Assembly (NCBI GenBank): GCA_036350795.1
Contig: JAZBNV010000028.1
Coordinates: 5,235 to 69,234, forward strand
Reading direction: 5' to 3'
Source: Marinilabiliaceae bacterium
GTDB taxonomy: Bacteria > Bacteroidota > Bacteroidia > Bacteroidales > VadinHA17
Length of the DNA: 64,000 nucleotides
Below the pieces are notes generated by a model. That model ran no database searches, had not been told where the DNA came from, and worked only from the letters and a program-made list of their open reading frames with translations. The translations under genes and the position numbers were made by a program. Positions 9,545-17,335 of this stretch are shown here, one piece after another (the stretch's first letter is position 1; every line of letters starts with the position of its first letter).

Positions 9545-11275
9545 ATGCCAGGTATGATAAAGGTACTTAAGAATATATTTGTTGTTCTGCTTACTCTAAC
9601 TCTTTTTTCATGTTCAGGGAATGAACAAAGGCATAATATTACCATTGTCGCTACCACTGATGTACATGGTGTAATATTTGGGAAAGATCCTTCAAACGGA
9701 GAGCAGAGGGAATCCTCAATGTCAAAAATCTCTTCTTTCTTAAGCCGGCAGCAGGACAGGAATATTCTACTTCTTGATAATGGTGATAATATCCAGGGTA
9801 CACCTGAAGTGTATTATTATAATTTTGAGGATACGGAATCAAAACACCTCTGGCCAAGGGTTCTTAATTATATTGGCTATGATGCTGTTACCGCAGGCAA
9901 CCATGATATTGAAGCCGGCCACGAAGTATACGACAGGATCAGGGACGAATACAACTTTCCTATGCTTGCAGCCAATGCTATAAGTACTGAAACGGGCGAA
10001 CCATATTTTGAACCCTATACAATTATTAGAAAGGGAGGTTTAAAGATAGCAGTTCTGGGTCTGATAACACCGGGAGTACCCGGCTGGCTTCCCGAGGTGT
10101 TGTACGAGGGCATTGAATTCGGGGATATGACAGAAGCAGCTGCCAGGTGGATGCCGGAAATACTTGAGAATGAACCTGACCTGGTTGTAGGCCTGTTTCA
10201 TGCAGGATGGAACGAAAGTTATGGAGGAGGTGAACCAGGGTCATTCAAAAATGAAAATGCATCACTCTCAGTTGCCCGCAGGGTTGATGGTTTCGATATT
10301 ATATTTATCGGACACGATCATGATCTTATGGCCGACTATATCGAAACCGAAAGCGGAGACAGTGTTCTTATAGTAGACGGAGGTTCACACGCCAGGTTTT
10401 TGCCTCTTGTTGACATTGAACTAATTGATTCAGGACAGGGAAGAACTATCCTTCTAACCCGTCATCTTATTAAGACAGATACACTGGAAACTGACCAGGC
10501 TTTTGATAAAGAATTCAGTAAAGACTTTTCGCTGATTGAAAGATATATAAACAGGGAGATTGCTTACCTGAGAAATCCTATAAGCACAAGAGAGTCATTC
10601 TTCGGAGACTCTGATTTTATGGATCTGATTCACAGCGTGCAGCTTGAAACAACAGGAGCCGATTTGTCCTTCGCTGCTCCTCTCTCCTTTGATGTGAGTA
10701 TTGATTCGGGTCAGTTATATGTGGCAGATATGTTCGACCTTTATCGCTATGAGAATATGCTTTACACAATAAAGCTGAAAGGGAGTGAGATTGATGATTA
10801 TCTTGAATATTCGGCCGCATTGTGGTTTAATACTATTGATGGAAAGGATAGCAGGATTTTGAAGTACAGGGACGATTCAACTAACTTCCTGCTTAACCGG
10901 TCGTATAATTTTGATTCTGCTGAAGGAATCAATTATACGGTTGATTTAAGTAAGACTGAGGGAAACAGGGTTGAGATATCGGCTTTTACCAATGGTATGA
11001 CTTTCTGTAATGATTCGGTTTATACTGTTGCTGTAAATTCATACCGCGGATCCGGAGGTGGAGGTCATCTGACAAGGGGTTGCAGTATAAGTGAGAAAGA
11101 TCTCTCCGGCAGGTTGCTTGAATCAACCAGTAAGGACCTGAGATACTATATGATGAAGTGGATTGAGAGTAATGATACAATTGAAATCAGGAATAACAAC
11201 AACTGGAGACTTGAACCTAAAAAGCTGTTGGGTGAAAGAATGCAGAAAGAGTACAGTTATTTGTTTAATAAATAG
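9545..11275 (+). CDS. Lipoprotein 5'-nucleotidase / 2',3'-cyclic-nucleotide phosphodiesterase
   Basis: Lipobox LFSC; metallophosphoesterase motifs TTDVHG, DNGDNIQG, GNHD and GHDH. Confidence 0.9.
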   Translation: MPGMIKVLKNIFVVLLTLTLFSCSGNEQRHNITIVATTDVHGVIFGKDPSNGEQRESSMSKISSFLSRQQDRNILLLDNGDNIQGTPEVYYYNFEDTESKHLWPRVLNYIGYDAVTAGNHDIEAGHEVYDRIRDEYNFPMLAANAISTETGEPYFEPYTIIRKGGLKIAVLGLITPGVPGWLPEVLYEGIEFGDMTEAAARWMPEILENEPDLVVGLFHAGWNESYGGGEPGSFKNENASLSVARRVDGFDIIFIGHDHDLMADYIETESGDSVLIVDGGSHARFLPLVDIELIDSGQGRTILLTRHLIKTDTLETDQAFDKEFSKDFSLIERYINREIAYLRNPISTRESFFGDSDFMDLIHSVQLETTGADLSFAAPLSFDVSIDSGQLYVADMFDLYRYENMLYTIKLKGSEIDDYLEYSAALWFNTIDGKDSRILKYRDDSTNFLLNRSYNFDSAEGINYTVDLSKTEGNRVEISAFTNGMTFCNDSVYTVAVNSYRGSGGGGHLTRGCSISEKDLSGRLLESTSKDLRYYMMKWIESNDTIEIRNNNNWRLEPKKLLGERMQKEYSYLFNK

Positions 11276-11281
11276 ACTATA

Positions 11282-12406
11282 ATGAATAAATTATTTTTAA
11301 GACTAAATACTTATGCGCTGCTAATCTTCTTAATATTAAGTGGGTGTAGCAGTGACGCTTACAGGCATGGTAGTGAAGAAAAGGTTAAAAACGTAGTACT
11401 TATTATTGGCGATGGCATGGGACTGGCACATCTATATAGTGCTATGTCGCTATACCAGGGTACCTTGAATATTGAAAGTGCCAGGAATATTGGATTTGTT
11501 AAAACCCATTCAGCCGATAATTATGCTACCGACTCGGCAGCATCTGGAACAGCTATGGCAACGGGCAAGAAAACCCGAAACGGAATGATCGGTCTTTTGC
11601 CTGACAGTACTGTAACTGAAAACCTGACAGAGCTGCTTCACAAAAATGAGCGAGCCTCAGGTGTTGTAAGCACAAGCGCTGTTACGCATGCTACGCCTGC
11701 CAGCTTTGTAGCTCATAATATTAACAGGAATAATTACTATGAAATTGCGGAAGACTTTCTGCTTACCCAGCCAGATGTATTTATTGGAGGTGGATTGAAG
11801 TATTTTAACAAAAGGCCCGATAACAGGGATCTTATTAAAGACCTGCGCAAGAACAGGTACAATGTTGTACTCAGTATCGAAGATCTTCTTGAAGTAAACA
11901 GTGTTAAACTTGCTGCCCTGCTTTCTGAAGAACATATGCCACAAATATCCGAGGGAAGGGGAGATATGTTATCCTATGGTGCACTTAAGGCAATAGAGAC
12001 CCTGAGCAAGAACCGAAACGGATTCTTTCTTATGATTGAAGCATCCCAGATTGACTGGGCTGCCCATTCGCACGATACAAGGTATATCATTGAGGAAACT
12101 ATTGACCTGGACAGAACACTTGGTGTTGTACTGGATTATGCAAGACGACTGGGAAATACCCTGGTTATAGTTACCGCTGATCACGAGACAGGTGGAATGA
12201 CTATAGTGAAAGGTGATAACAATAAAGAATCTATTGTTGCAGAATATTCAGTTGGAGGTCATACAGGACTTGCTGTCCCAATTTACTCCTTTGGACCGGG
12301 CGCAAGCCAATTTACAGGATTCCTTGATAATACCGAGATATTTAACAGGATAGTTAAAGTAATGGCTCTGGATGAGAACGGTGTAACTGATAGTAAGAAG
12401 AAATAA
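11282..12406 (+). CDS. Alkaline phosphatase (lipoprotein)
   Basis: IGDGMG, TDSAASGTA, HATPA, IDWAAH and TADHETGG motifs; lipobox LSGC. Confidence 0.93.
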   Translation: MNKLFLRLNTYALLIFLILSGCSSDAYRHGSEEKVKNVVLIIGDGMGLAHLYSAMSLYQGTLNIESARNIGFVKTHSADNYATDSAASGTAMATGKKTRNGMIGLLPDSTVTENLTELLHKNERASGVVSTSAVTHATPASFVAHNINRNNYYEIAEDFLLTQPDVFIGGGLKYFNKRPDNRDLIKDLRKNRYNVVLSIEDLLEVNSVKLAALLSEEHMPQISEGRGDMLSYGALKAIETLSKNRNGFFLMIEASQIDWAAHSHDTRYIIEETIDLDRTLGVVLDYARRLGNTLVIVTADHETGGMTIVKGDNNKESIVAEYSVGGHTGLAVPIYSFGPGASQFTGFLDNTEIFNRIVKVMALDENGVTDSKKK

Positions 12407-12469
12407 TGGATATGTAATAATCCGTCTTCTATCTGTAGTGCTCCTGACTAATGAAAAATAACCTGAATA

Positions 12470-13081
12470 ATGGTTAAGAATGGCGACAAACTTCCTCTTG
12501 TTGAGCATTTTTATACTCTCCAGGGAGAAGGGCATAATACAGGTAAAGCAGCATATTTCCTGAGGATTGGAGGATGTGACGTTGGATGTAGCTGGTGCGA
12601 TTCGAGATATTCGTGGAATCCTGATATTCATCCACTTGTTCCTATAGAAGAGATTATTGCAATAATCGCCGGGTCGGGAGCCGATTCAGTGGTTGTAACA
12701 GGCGGAGAACCACTGATGTGGAACCTGGATTTGCTTTGTGACAGCTTAAAAAAGATTGGAGTAAAAACCTTTCTCGAAACATCAGGAGCATACCCTTTAA
12801 GCGGTACATGGGACTGGCTCTGCCTCTCTCCAAAAATAAATGCTCCCCCAAAGGAGGAAGTGCTAAAGCAGGCACATGAACTAAAGGTTATTATTCAAAA
12901 GGAGGAAGATTTCTCGTGGGCTGAAAAGATGAGCAAACTCGTAAGTAAAGATTGCTATTTGTACCTTCAACCGGAATGGAGTAAATCGAGCGAAATAACA
13001 GGCACGATTGTTGAATATATTTTACGAAATACAAGGTGGATGATTTCCTTGCAGAGTCATAAATATATGAAAATACCCTAG
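12470..13081 (+). CDS. queE: 7-carboxy-7-deazaguanine synthase (radical SAM)
   Basis: FYTLQGEG, CDVGCSWCD, VTGGEP and LQSHKY motifs. Confidence 0.92.
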   Translation: MVKNGDKLPLVEHFYTLQGEGHNTGKAAYFLRIGGCDVGCSWCDSRYSWNPDIHPLVPIEEIIAIIAGSGADSVVVTGGEPLMWNLDLLCDSLKKIGVKTFLETSGAYPLSGTWDWLCLSPKINAPPKEEVLKQAHELKVIIQKEEDFSWAEKMSKLVSKDCYLYLQPEWSKSSEITGTIVEYILRNTRWMISLQSHKYMKIP

Positions 13082-13085
13082 GCTT

Positions 13086-15017
13086 ATGTTGAGGTGGTTT
13101 ATTATAGTAATTTTTTACCTGGCCAGCCTGCTGACTGTTAACGCACAGGATTTTCATACCTCTTCAAACAGGGCTCTGAAATCTTACACTGAAGGTAAAA
13201 GGGCCTATGATTTTGTGCAGTATGAACTCGCCGAACAGAAGCTCAGGGATGCGATTAAGATTGACCCTGAATTTCTTGAAGCTCATCTTATTCTTGCTGA
13301 ACTTTATAAGGACAAAAAGAAATACGACTCCTCAATCAAGTCCTACCTCAAGGTTTTTGAAATAGATTCATTGTTTTTTAAGCCTGCCATCTTCAGCCTG
13401 GCCGAAGTATATTTTTTGAATGGTGAATATGGCGAGGCACTAAAATACTTTAATTCCTTTCTTAATAAATCACCTGTTTCTGATAAGCTTATCCAAAGAG
13501 CAGGTAAATATCTGGATGACTGCAATTTTGCACTGGAAGCAGTAAAAAATCCAGTTCCCTTCCATCCCCGGTCACTGGGCGATTCCATTAACACAGATTA
13601 CGATGAATACTGGCCATCAATAAGTGTTGATGATAAACTGCTGATATTTACCCGACAAACCTCCCAGAGTGCAAAAAGCCTCAGTGGTATCAGGTACCAG
13701 GAGGATTTCTATTATAGTTCGAGGCCCGATTCTGTGTGGTTAAAGGCAAGGAATATCGGGACACCACTAAATACGGCAGATAATGAAGGTGCCCTGTCCT
13801 TATCAGCCGGCGGGCAATCAATGTATTTTACTGCATGTAACCGGCCTGATGGATTAGGTGGATGTGATATATATTATTCTTCAAGAACCGATAAGGGCTG
13901 GTTGCAGGGTTCCAATATTGGTGCCCCTCTTAATTCTGCCAGCTGGGAATCACAACCATCCCTTTCGTCGGATGGCAGGAGTCTTTATTTTGTGAGTAAC
14001 AGGAAAGGCGGTTTTGGTGGAATGGATTTATGGGTGAGTTATTATACCGATTCAGGAAGCTGGTCAGAGCCTGTAAACCTGGGCAGGGATATTAATACTG
14101 CAGGCGATGAAATGTCGCCTTATATTCACTTTGATGGTAAAACTTTATATTTTTCGAGTAATGGTCGTCCCTCAATGGGAGGCTTCGATATTTTTATGGC
14201 AAGCAAAATATCTGATACCATCTGGACAGGGATAAGAAATCTGGGTTATCCGATTAATACTCAAACAGATGAAATAGGTCTTATTATTAACTCTTCAGGC
14301 AATAAAGCATATTTTTCTTCTGCAATAAAACCGGGTTCGGGCAGGGATCTTTATAGTTTTGATTTACCGGAAGAGCTAAGGCCAAACCCGGTATCGTATT
14401 TTAAGGGAACAGTGCTGGACGCAAAAACCAGGCGCAGGCTTCAGGCAACTTACGAGTTAGTTAACCTCAAAACCAATGAGGTGGTATTAAGCTCAAGTAC
14501 AAATGGGAAAGGTGAATTTCTGATCTGCCTCAGTGCCGGCGAAAATTATGGACTGAATGTAGATCTTGACGCTTACCTCTTCTATTCTGAGAACTTCTGG
14601 CTCGAAAGTAATCATTCAGCGGCAGAACCATTCTTAAAAACGATAGAGCTAAGCAGGGTAAAGGTGGGCGAGGCTATGAATCTTTACAATATTCTCTTTG
14701 AAACTGATTCGTGGGAGATTAAGGAGGCCTCACTGGCAGAACTGCATCGTCTGAAGAATAAATTATTGGCTAACCCGAAAGTAATAATAGAGATTGGTGG
14801 ACACACCGATGCTACGGGCTCTGTAGAGTATAATAACATTCTATCGAAGAAGAGGGCTGACGCCGTAGGTGCTTTTCTTATTTCTGAAGGTGTCTCTGAA
14901 TCCCGGATCCGGTCGAAAGGATTTGGCAAATCCCGTCCTGTTTCTGATAATAATACTGAAGAGGGAAGAAGAAAAAATCGCCGGACAGAGATATTGATAG
15001 TAGATATTGTGGAATAA
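13086..15017 (+). CDS. PorE-like TPR / PD40 beta-propeller / OmpA-C protein
   Basis: Signal peptide, N-terminal TPRs, PD40 repeats (QPSLSSDGRSLYFVSNR) and OmpA domain (GHTD..G..YN..LS..RA, NRRTE). Confidence 0.9.
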   Translation: MLRWFIIVIFYLASLLTVNAQDFHTSSNRALKSYTEGKRAYDFVQYELAEQKLRDAIKIDPEFLEAHLILAELYKDKKKYDSSIKSYLKVFEIDSLFFKPAIFSLAEVYFLNGEYGEALKYFNSFLNKSPVSDKLIQRAGKYLDDCNFALEAVKNPVPFHPRSLGDSINTDYDEYWPSISVDDKLLIFTRQTSQSAKSLSGIRYQEDFYYSSRPDSVWLKARNIGTPLNTADNEGALSLSAGGQSMYFTACNRPDGLGGCDIYYSSRTDKGWLQGSNIGAPLNSASWESQPSLSSDGRSLYFVSNRKGGFGGMDLWVSYYTDSGSWSEPVNLGRDINTAGDEMSPYIHFDGKTLYFSSNGRPSMGGFDIFMASKISDTIWTGIRNLGYPINTQTDEIGLIINSSGNKAYFSSAIKPGSGRDLYSFDLPEELRPNPVSYFKGTVLDAKTRRRLQATYELVNLKTNEVVLSSSTNGKGEFLICLSAGENYGLNVDLDAYLFYSENFWLESNHSAAEPFLKTIELSRVKVGEAMNLYNILFETDSWEIKEASLAELHRLKNKLLANPKVIIEIGGHTDATGSVEYNNILSKKRADAVGAFLISEGVSESRIRSKGFGKSRPVSDNNTEEGRRKNRRTEILIVDIVE

Positions 15018-15039
15018 TATATGCCTGCCTTTAAAAGGA

Positions 15040-15066
15040 AAGTCCCGCTCGTTATAAGCGGGACTT
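15040..15066. terminator. Intrinsic terminator between convergent genes
   Basis: Perfect 10-bp stem AAGTCCCGCT / AGCGGGACTT with a 7-nt loop; T-rich tail on the minus strand. Confidence 0.75.
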
Positions 15067-15119
15067 AAATGCCCATTTCAATAGCAGACTTGTATAATAG
15101 GCTTCGGTAGGAGTAATCA

Positions 15120-15956
15120 TCAAATAGCGATCCTGGATTTAATCGTAAATTCTTCTTTCCCTACATCCTCAAAAATTTTCCTTTCCTGCACAGAGAAATA
15201 TATAGCTGAACCATTAACCCCGTTTGGTTCAATCCAAAGATTTCCCCCCATACTGCTTATTAGCTTTTGAGCCAGTATTAATCCAATTGCAGCAAAGGTA
15301 TTGTTGTTTTTGCCAAGCAAATTCTGTAATTCCTCACCTGAGAGAAGCTGCTTGTTGAGATGATATCCGGAACCTGAATCTATAACGTAAAAAATAACCC
15401 GTTTATCATCCCGTTTGTAACCTAATTTAACGTAACCCGAAGATGTGTGTTCAATAGCATTCTGAAAGAGGTTTTTAAGTACCCGAATTACTTTTTCCTC
15501 TTCCAGATATACCTTATAATCTGATGGAATCTCTTCCAGAACCAGTGAAACCTGGTTCCGGTCAAGCTTTGATAAGGAATTATTCAGATCAATTGCAAGG
15601 TTCTGCATAAATATCCCCAGTTCGCTCTTTTTAAGATTTGTTTTTGGAGATTCAGAATCAAGCATTGCCGAATCAAGAAAATTGTCAAATAACGTAATAA
15701 GTTGCTCGCATGAATTTAAAATATGATCAGAATATTCTTTTCGCTCCATAAGATTGCAGTTCTCATTACTCTGCAGAAATGAGAATGCTACAATGGAGTT
15801 CATATATGTTCTGACTTCGTGTGAAAGACCTGTTAATATTTTGGGGCAACTGAGAATGTTTTTATCATCGCATGAAATACCTCCTTCTGCACGATTTCCA
15901 GACTGGCTGAACCTGTCTGCAAATTTCTTTATATGTCCCTGGTCGGTGTTAAACAT
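15120..15956 (-). CDS. Sensorless cytoplasmic histidine-kinase-like protein (HisKA + degenerate HATPase_c)
   Basis: H-box LSHEVRTYMN, N-box NLFQNAIEHT and G1 DSGSG are present. The F box is not recognisable and G2 is degenerate (AAIGL). Confidence 0.8.
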   Translation of the reverse strand: MFNTDQGHIKKFADRFSQSGNRAEGGISCDDKNILSCPKILTGLSHEVRTYMNSIVAFSFLQSNENCNLMERKEYSDHILNSCEQLITLFDNFLDSAMLDSESPKTNLKKSELGIFMQNLAIDLNNSLSKLDRNQVSLVLEEIPSDYKVYLEEEKVIRVLKNLFQNAIEHTSSGYVKLGYKRDDKRVIFYVIDSGSGYHLNKQLLSGEELQNLLGKNNNTFAAIGLILAQKLISSMGGNLWIEPNGVNGSAIYFSVQERKIFEDVGKEEFTIKSRIAI

Positions 15957-15983
15957 TTCCCGTTATATTGCCTGTGAATGCCT

Positions 15984-16730
15984 CTATTTTATTTTCCTTA
16001 ATAACTTCTTCGCATCTTTTCTGAAGCGACTTTCACTGTTTAGTATTCCCTTAAGCGCCAGCATTGCCTGGTCGTAGTCTTCCTCTTTGTAATAGCAAAG
16101 GGCCAGGTAGTAACTGGCTTCCTCCATAAACATATTGTCTTTATTGTCTATTACCTGTGCAAAAGAGCTGATTGCGCCTGAATAATCGTTAGTCTGCATT
16201 GCCGATAAGCCACTTAAAAACCTGGCCTGTACAGTACATGAAGACTGATCCGGAATTGCATTAAAGAGGGCGGAAGCTTCTTCATAATAACCCTTATTGT
16301 AGAGTTCCATGCCCGGTACAAGCTCAGCTGGTGTTATACCTGAAACTGCCCTGCTATTGCTTGTAACTTCATATGCAGTAAGAGCTTCAGATGTAAAATC
16401 ATCAATATTTATTGAGCCCCTGCTTAATAAAAACAAGGCACTGATAAGTATTAAGCCAAGAAAGACAGCTGCGTAGTTTGAAGGTACTTTCCTTACAGCG
16501 CGTTCTATATTGGTTTCCTTACGGTACCTGGCTTCAGCATTCATAAGTTTTTTACGAAGCTGTATTGCATCAAAGTTGGATGCAATCATCTCTGCTTTTC
16601 TTCGTAATTCAAGTTCATTACGCAGCCAGAGATTGCCTTCAAGCTCTTTCTCAAACCATCTTTTTTCTGATGGCTGCATTTTATCTTCCAGGTATCTCTC
16701 AATAAACCTGGTAAATTCAATCTTTTCCAT
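15984..16730 (-). CDS. Putative anti-sigma factor: N-terminal cytoplasmic helical domain, one TM helix, C-terminal TPR domain
   Basis: N-terminal 'IERYLEDKM..SEKRWFEKEL' anti-sigma-like pattern; TM 'YAAVFLGLILISALFLL'; TPR helices (GMELYNKGYYEEA, ASYYLALCYYK); ECF sigma in the same locus. Confidence 0.7.
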   Translation of the reverse strand: MEKIEFTRFIERYLEDKMQPSEKRWFEKELEGNLWLRNELELRRKAEMIASNFDAIQLRKKLMNAEARYRKETNIERAVRKVPSNYAAVFLGLILISALFLLSRGSINIDDFTSEALTAYEVTSNSRAVSGITPAELVPGMELYNKGYYEEASALFNAIPDQSSCTVQARFLSGLSAMQTNDYSGAISSFAQVIDNKDNMFMEEASYYLALCYYKEEDYDQAMLALKGILNSESRFRKDAKKLLRKIK

Positions 16731-16953
16731 TTTTATATAGGTATTTCATGCATATCTGGTAGTTGTAATATCTTAATTAAGACACAGGGCCTTAAGTAAT
16801 TACCTATTTATCTATGCCAACTGGCGCATAATTTCTTATATGCACAAGAGCATTTTTGTTCGTTCTTATCTGCACCTGCCTTGCAAAAGCGGCAAACAGC
16901 AGAATAAGTTCAATATGTCAAAGAGACCAGCTCTCCGTATTCAAAGAGCTTTC

Positions 16954-17097
16954 CTAAATCTCAGGATCTACTGTTACCGGAGGTGTAACCGTTCCTTTAT
17001 TGTCGCCATCACCACCTCTTACATTAATCATTTCTTCGTCAGAAAGTAAAAAATTGTTGAAAGTCTCGAAATTGGTTTCTTGATTCAGGTTTTTCAT
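16954..17097 (-). CDS. Double-glycine leader peptide precursor, 47 aa (below the ORF-track cutoff)
   Basis: Manual translation: MKNLNQETNFETFNNFLLSDEEMINVRGG|DGDNKGTVTPPVTVDPEI*. LSDEEMINVRGG matches the LSxxE(L/M)xx(I/V)xGG leader consensus. A C39 ABC exporter lies 4 kb away. Confidence 0.82.
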   Translation of the reverse strand: MKNLNQETNFETFNNFLLSDEEMINVRGGDGDNKGTVTPPVTVDPEI

Positions 17098-17137
17098 CAC
17101 TTTAAATTTTTTGTTATTGATTCGGGTTATTTATTAC

Positions 17138-17176
17138 GTTACATATATACATGTAACAAACCCCCTGTTTGTGACA
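17138..17176. promoter_or_regulatory. Overlapping inverted repeats upstream of the peptide gene (candidate ECF promoter or operator)
   Basis: GTTACAT-N6-ATGTAAC (17138-17157) and TGTAACAAAC-N5-GTTTGTGACA (17152-17176). Confidence 0.45.
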
Positions 17177-17335
17177 CGAAAAAATCAACTTTTTTTAAAA
17201 TATTTTTTCAGATAGCTGTATGTATCAGAATATCAGGCGAATAAAAAAGTGAATTTTTTTGTCTTTTTGGAGTACTTTTGAGAAAATATTTGCGTTGATA
17301 TTTTTTTTGCACATTTTCGCATAAATTCAAGACGG

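Noticed and set aside
16840-17049. 69-aa plus-strand ORF (MHKSIFVRS...) from the track
   Set aside because: It is antisense to the GG-leader peptide ORF, has no recognisable motif and is probably a shadow.
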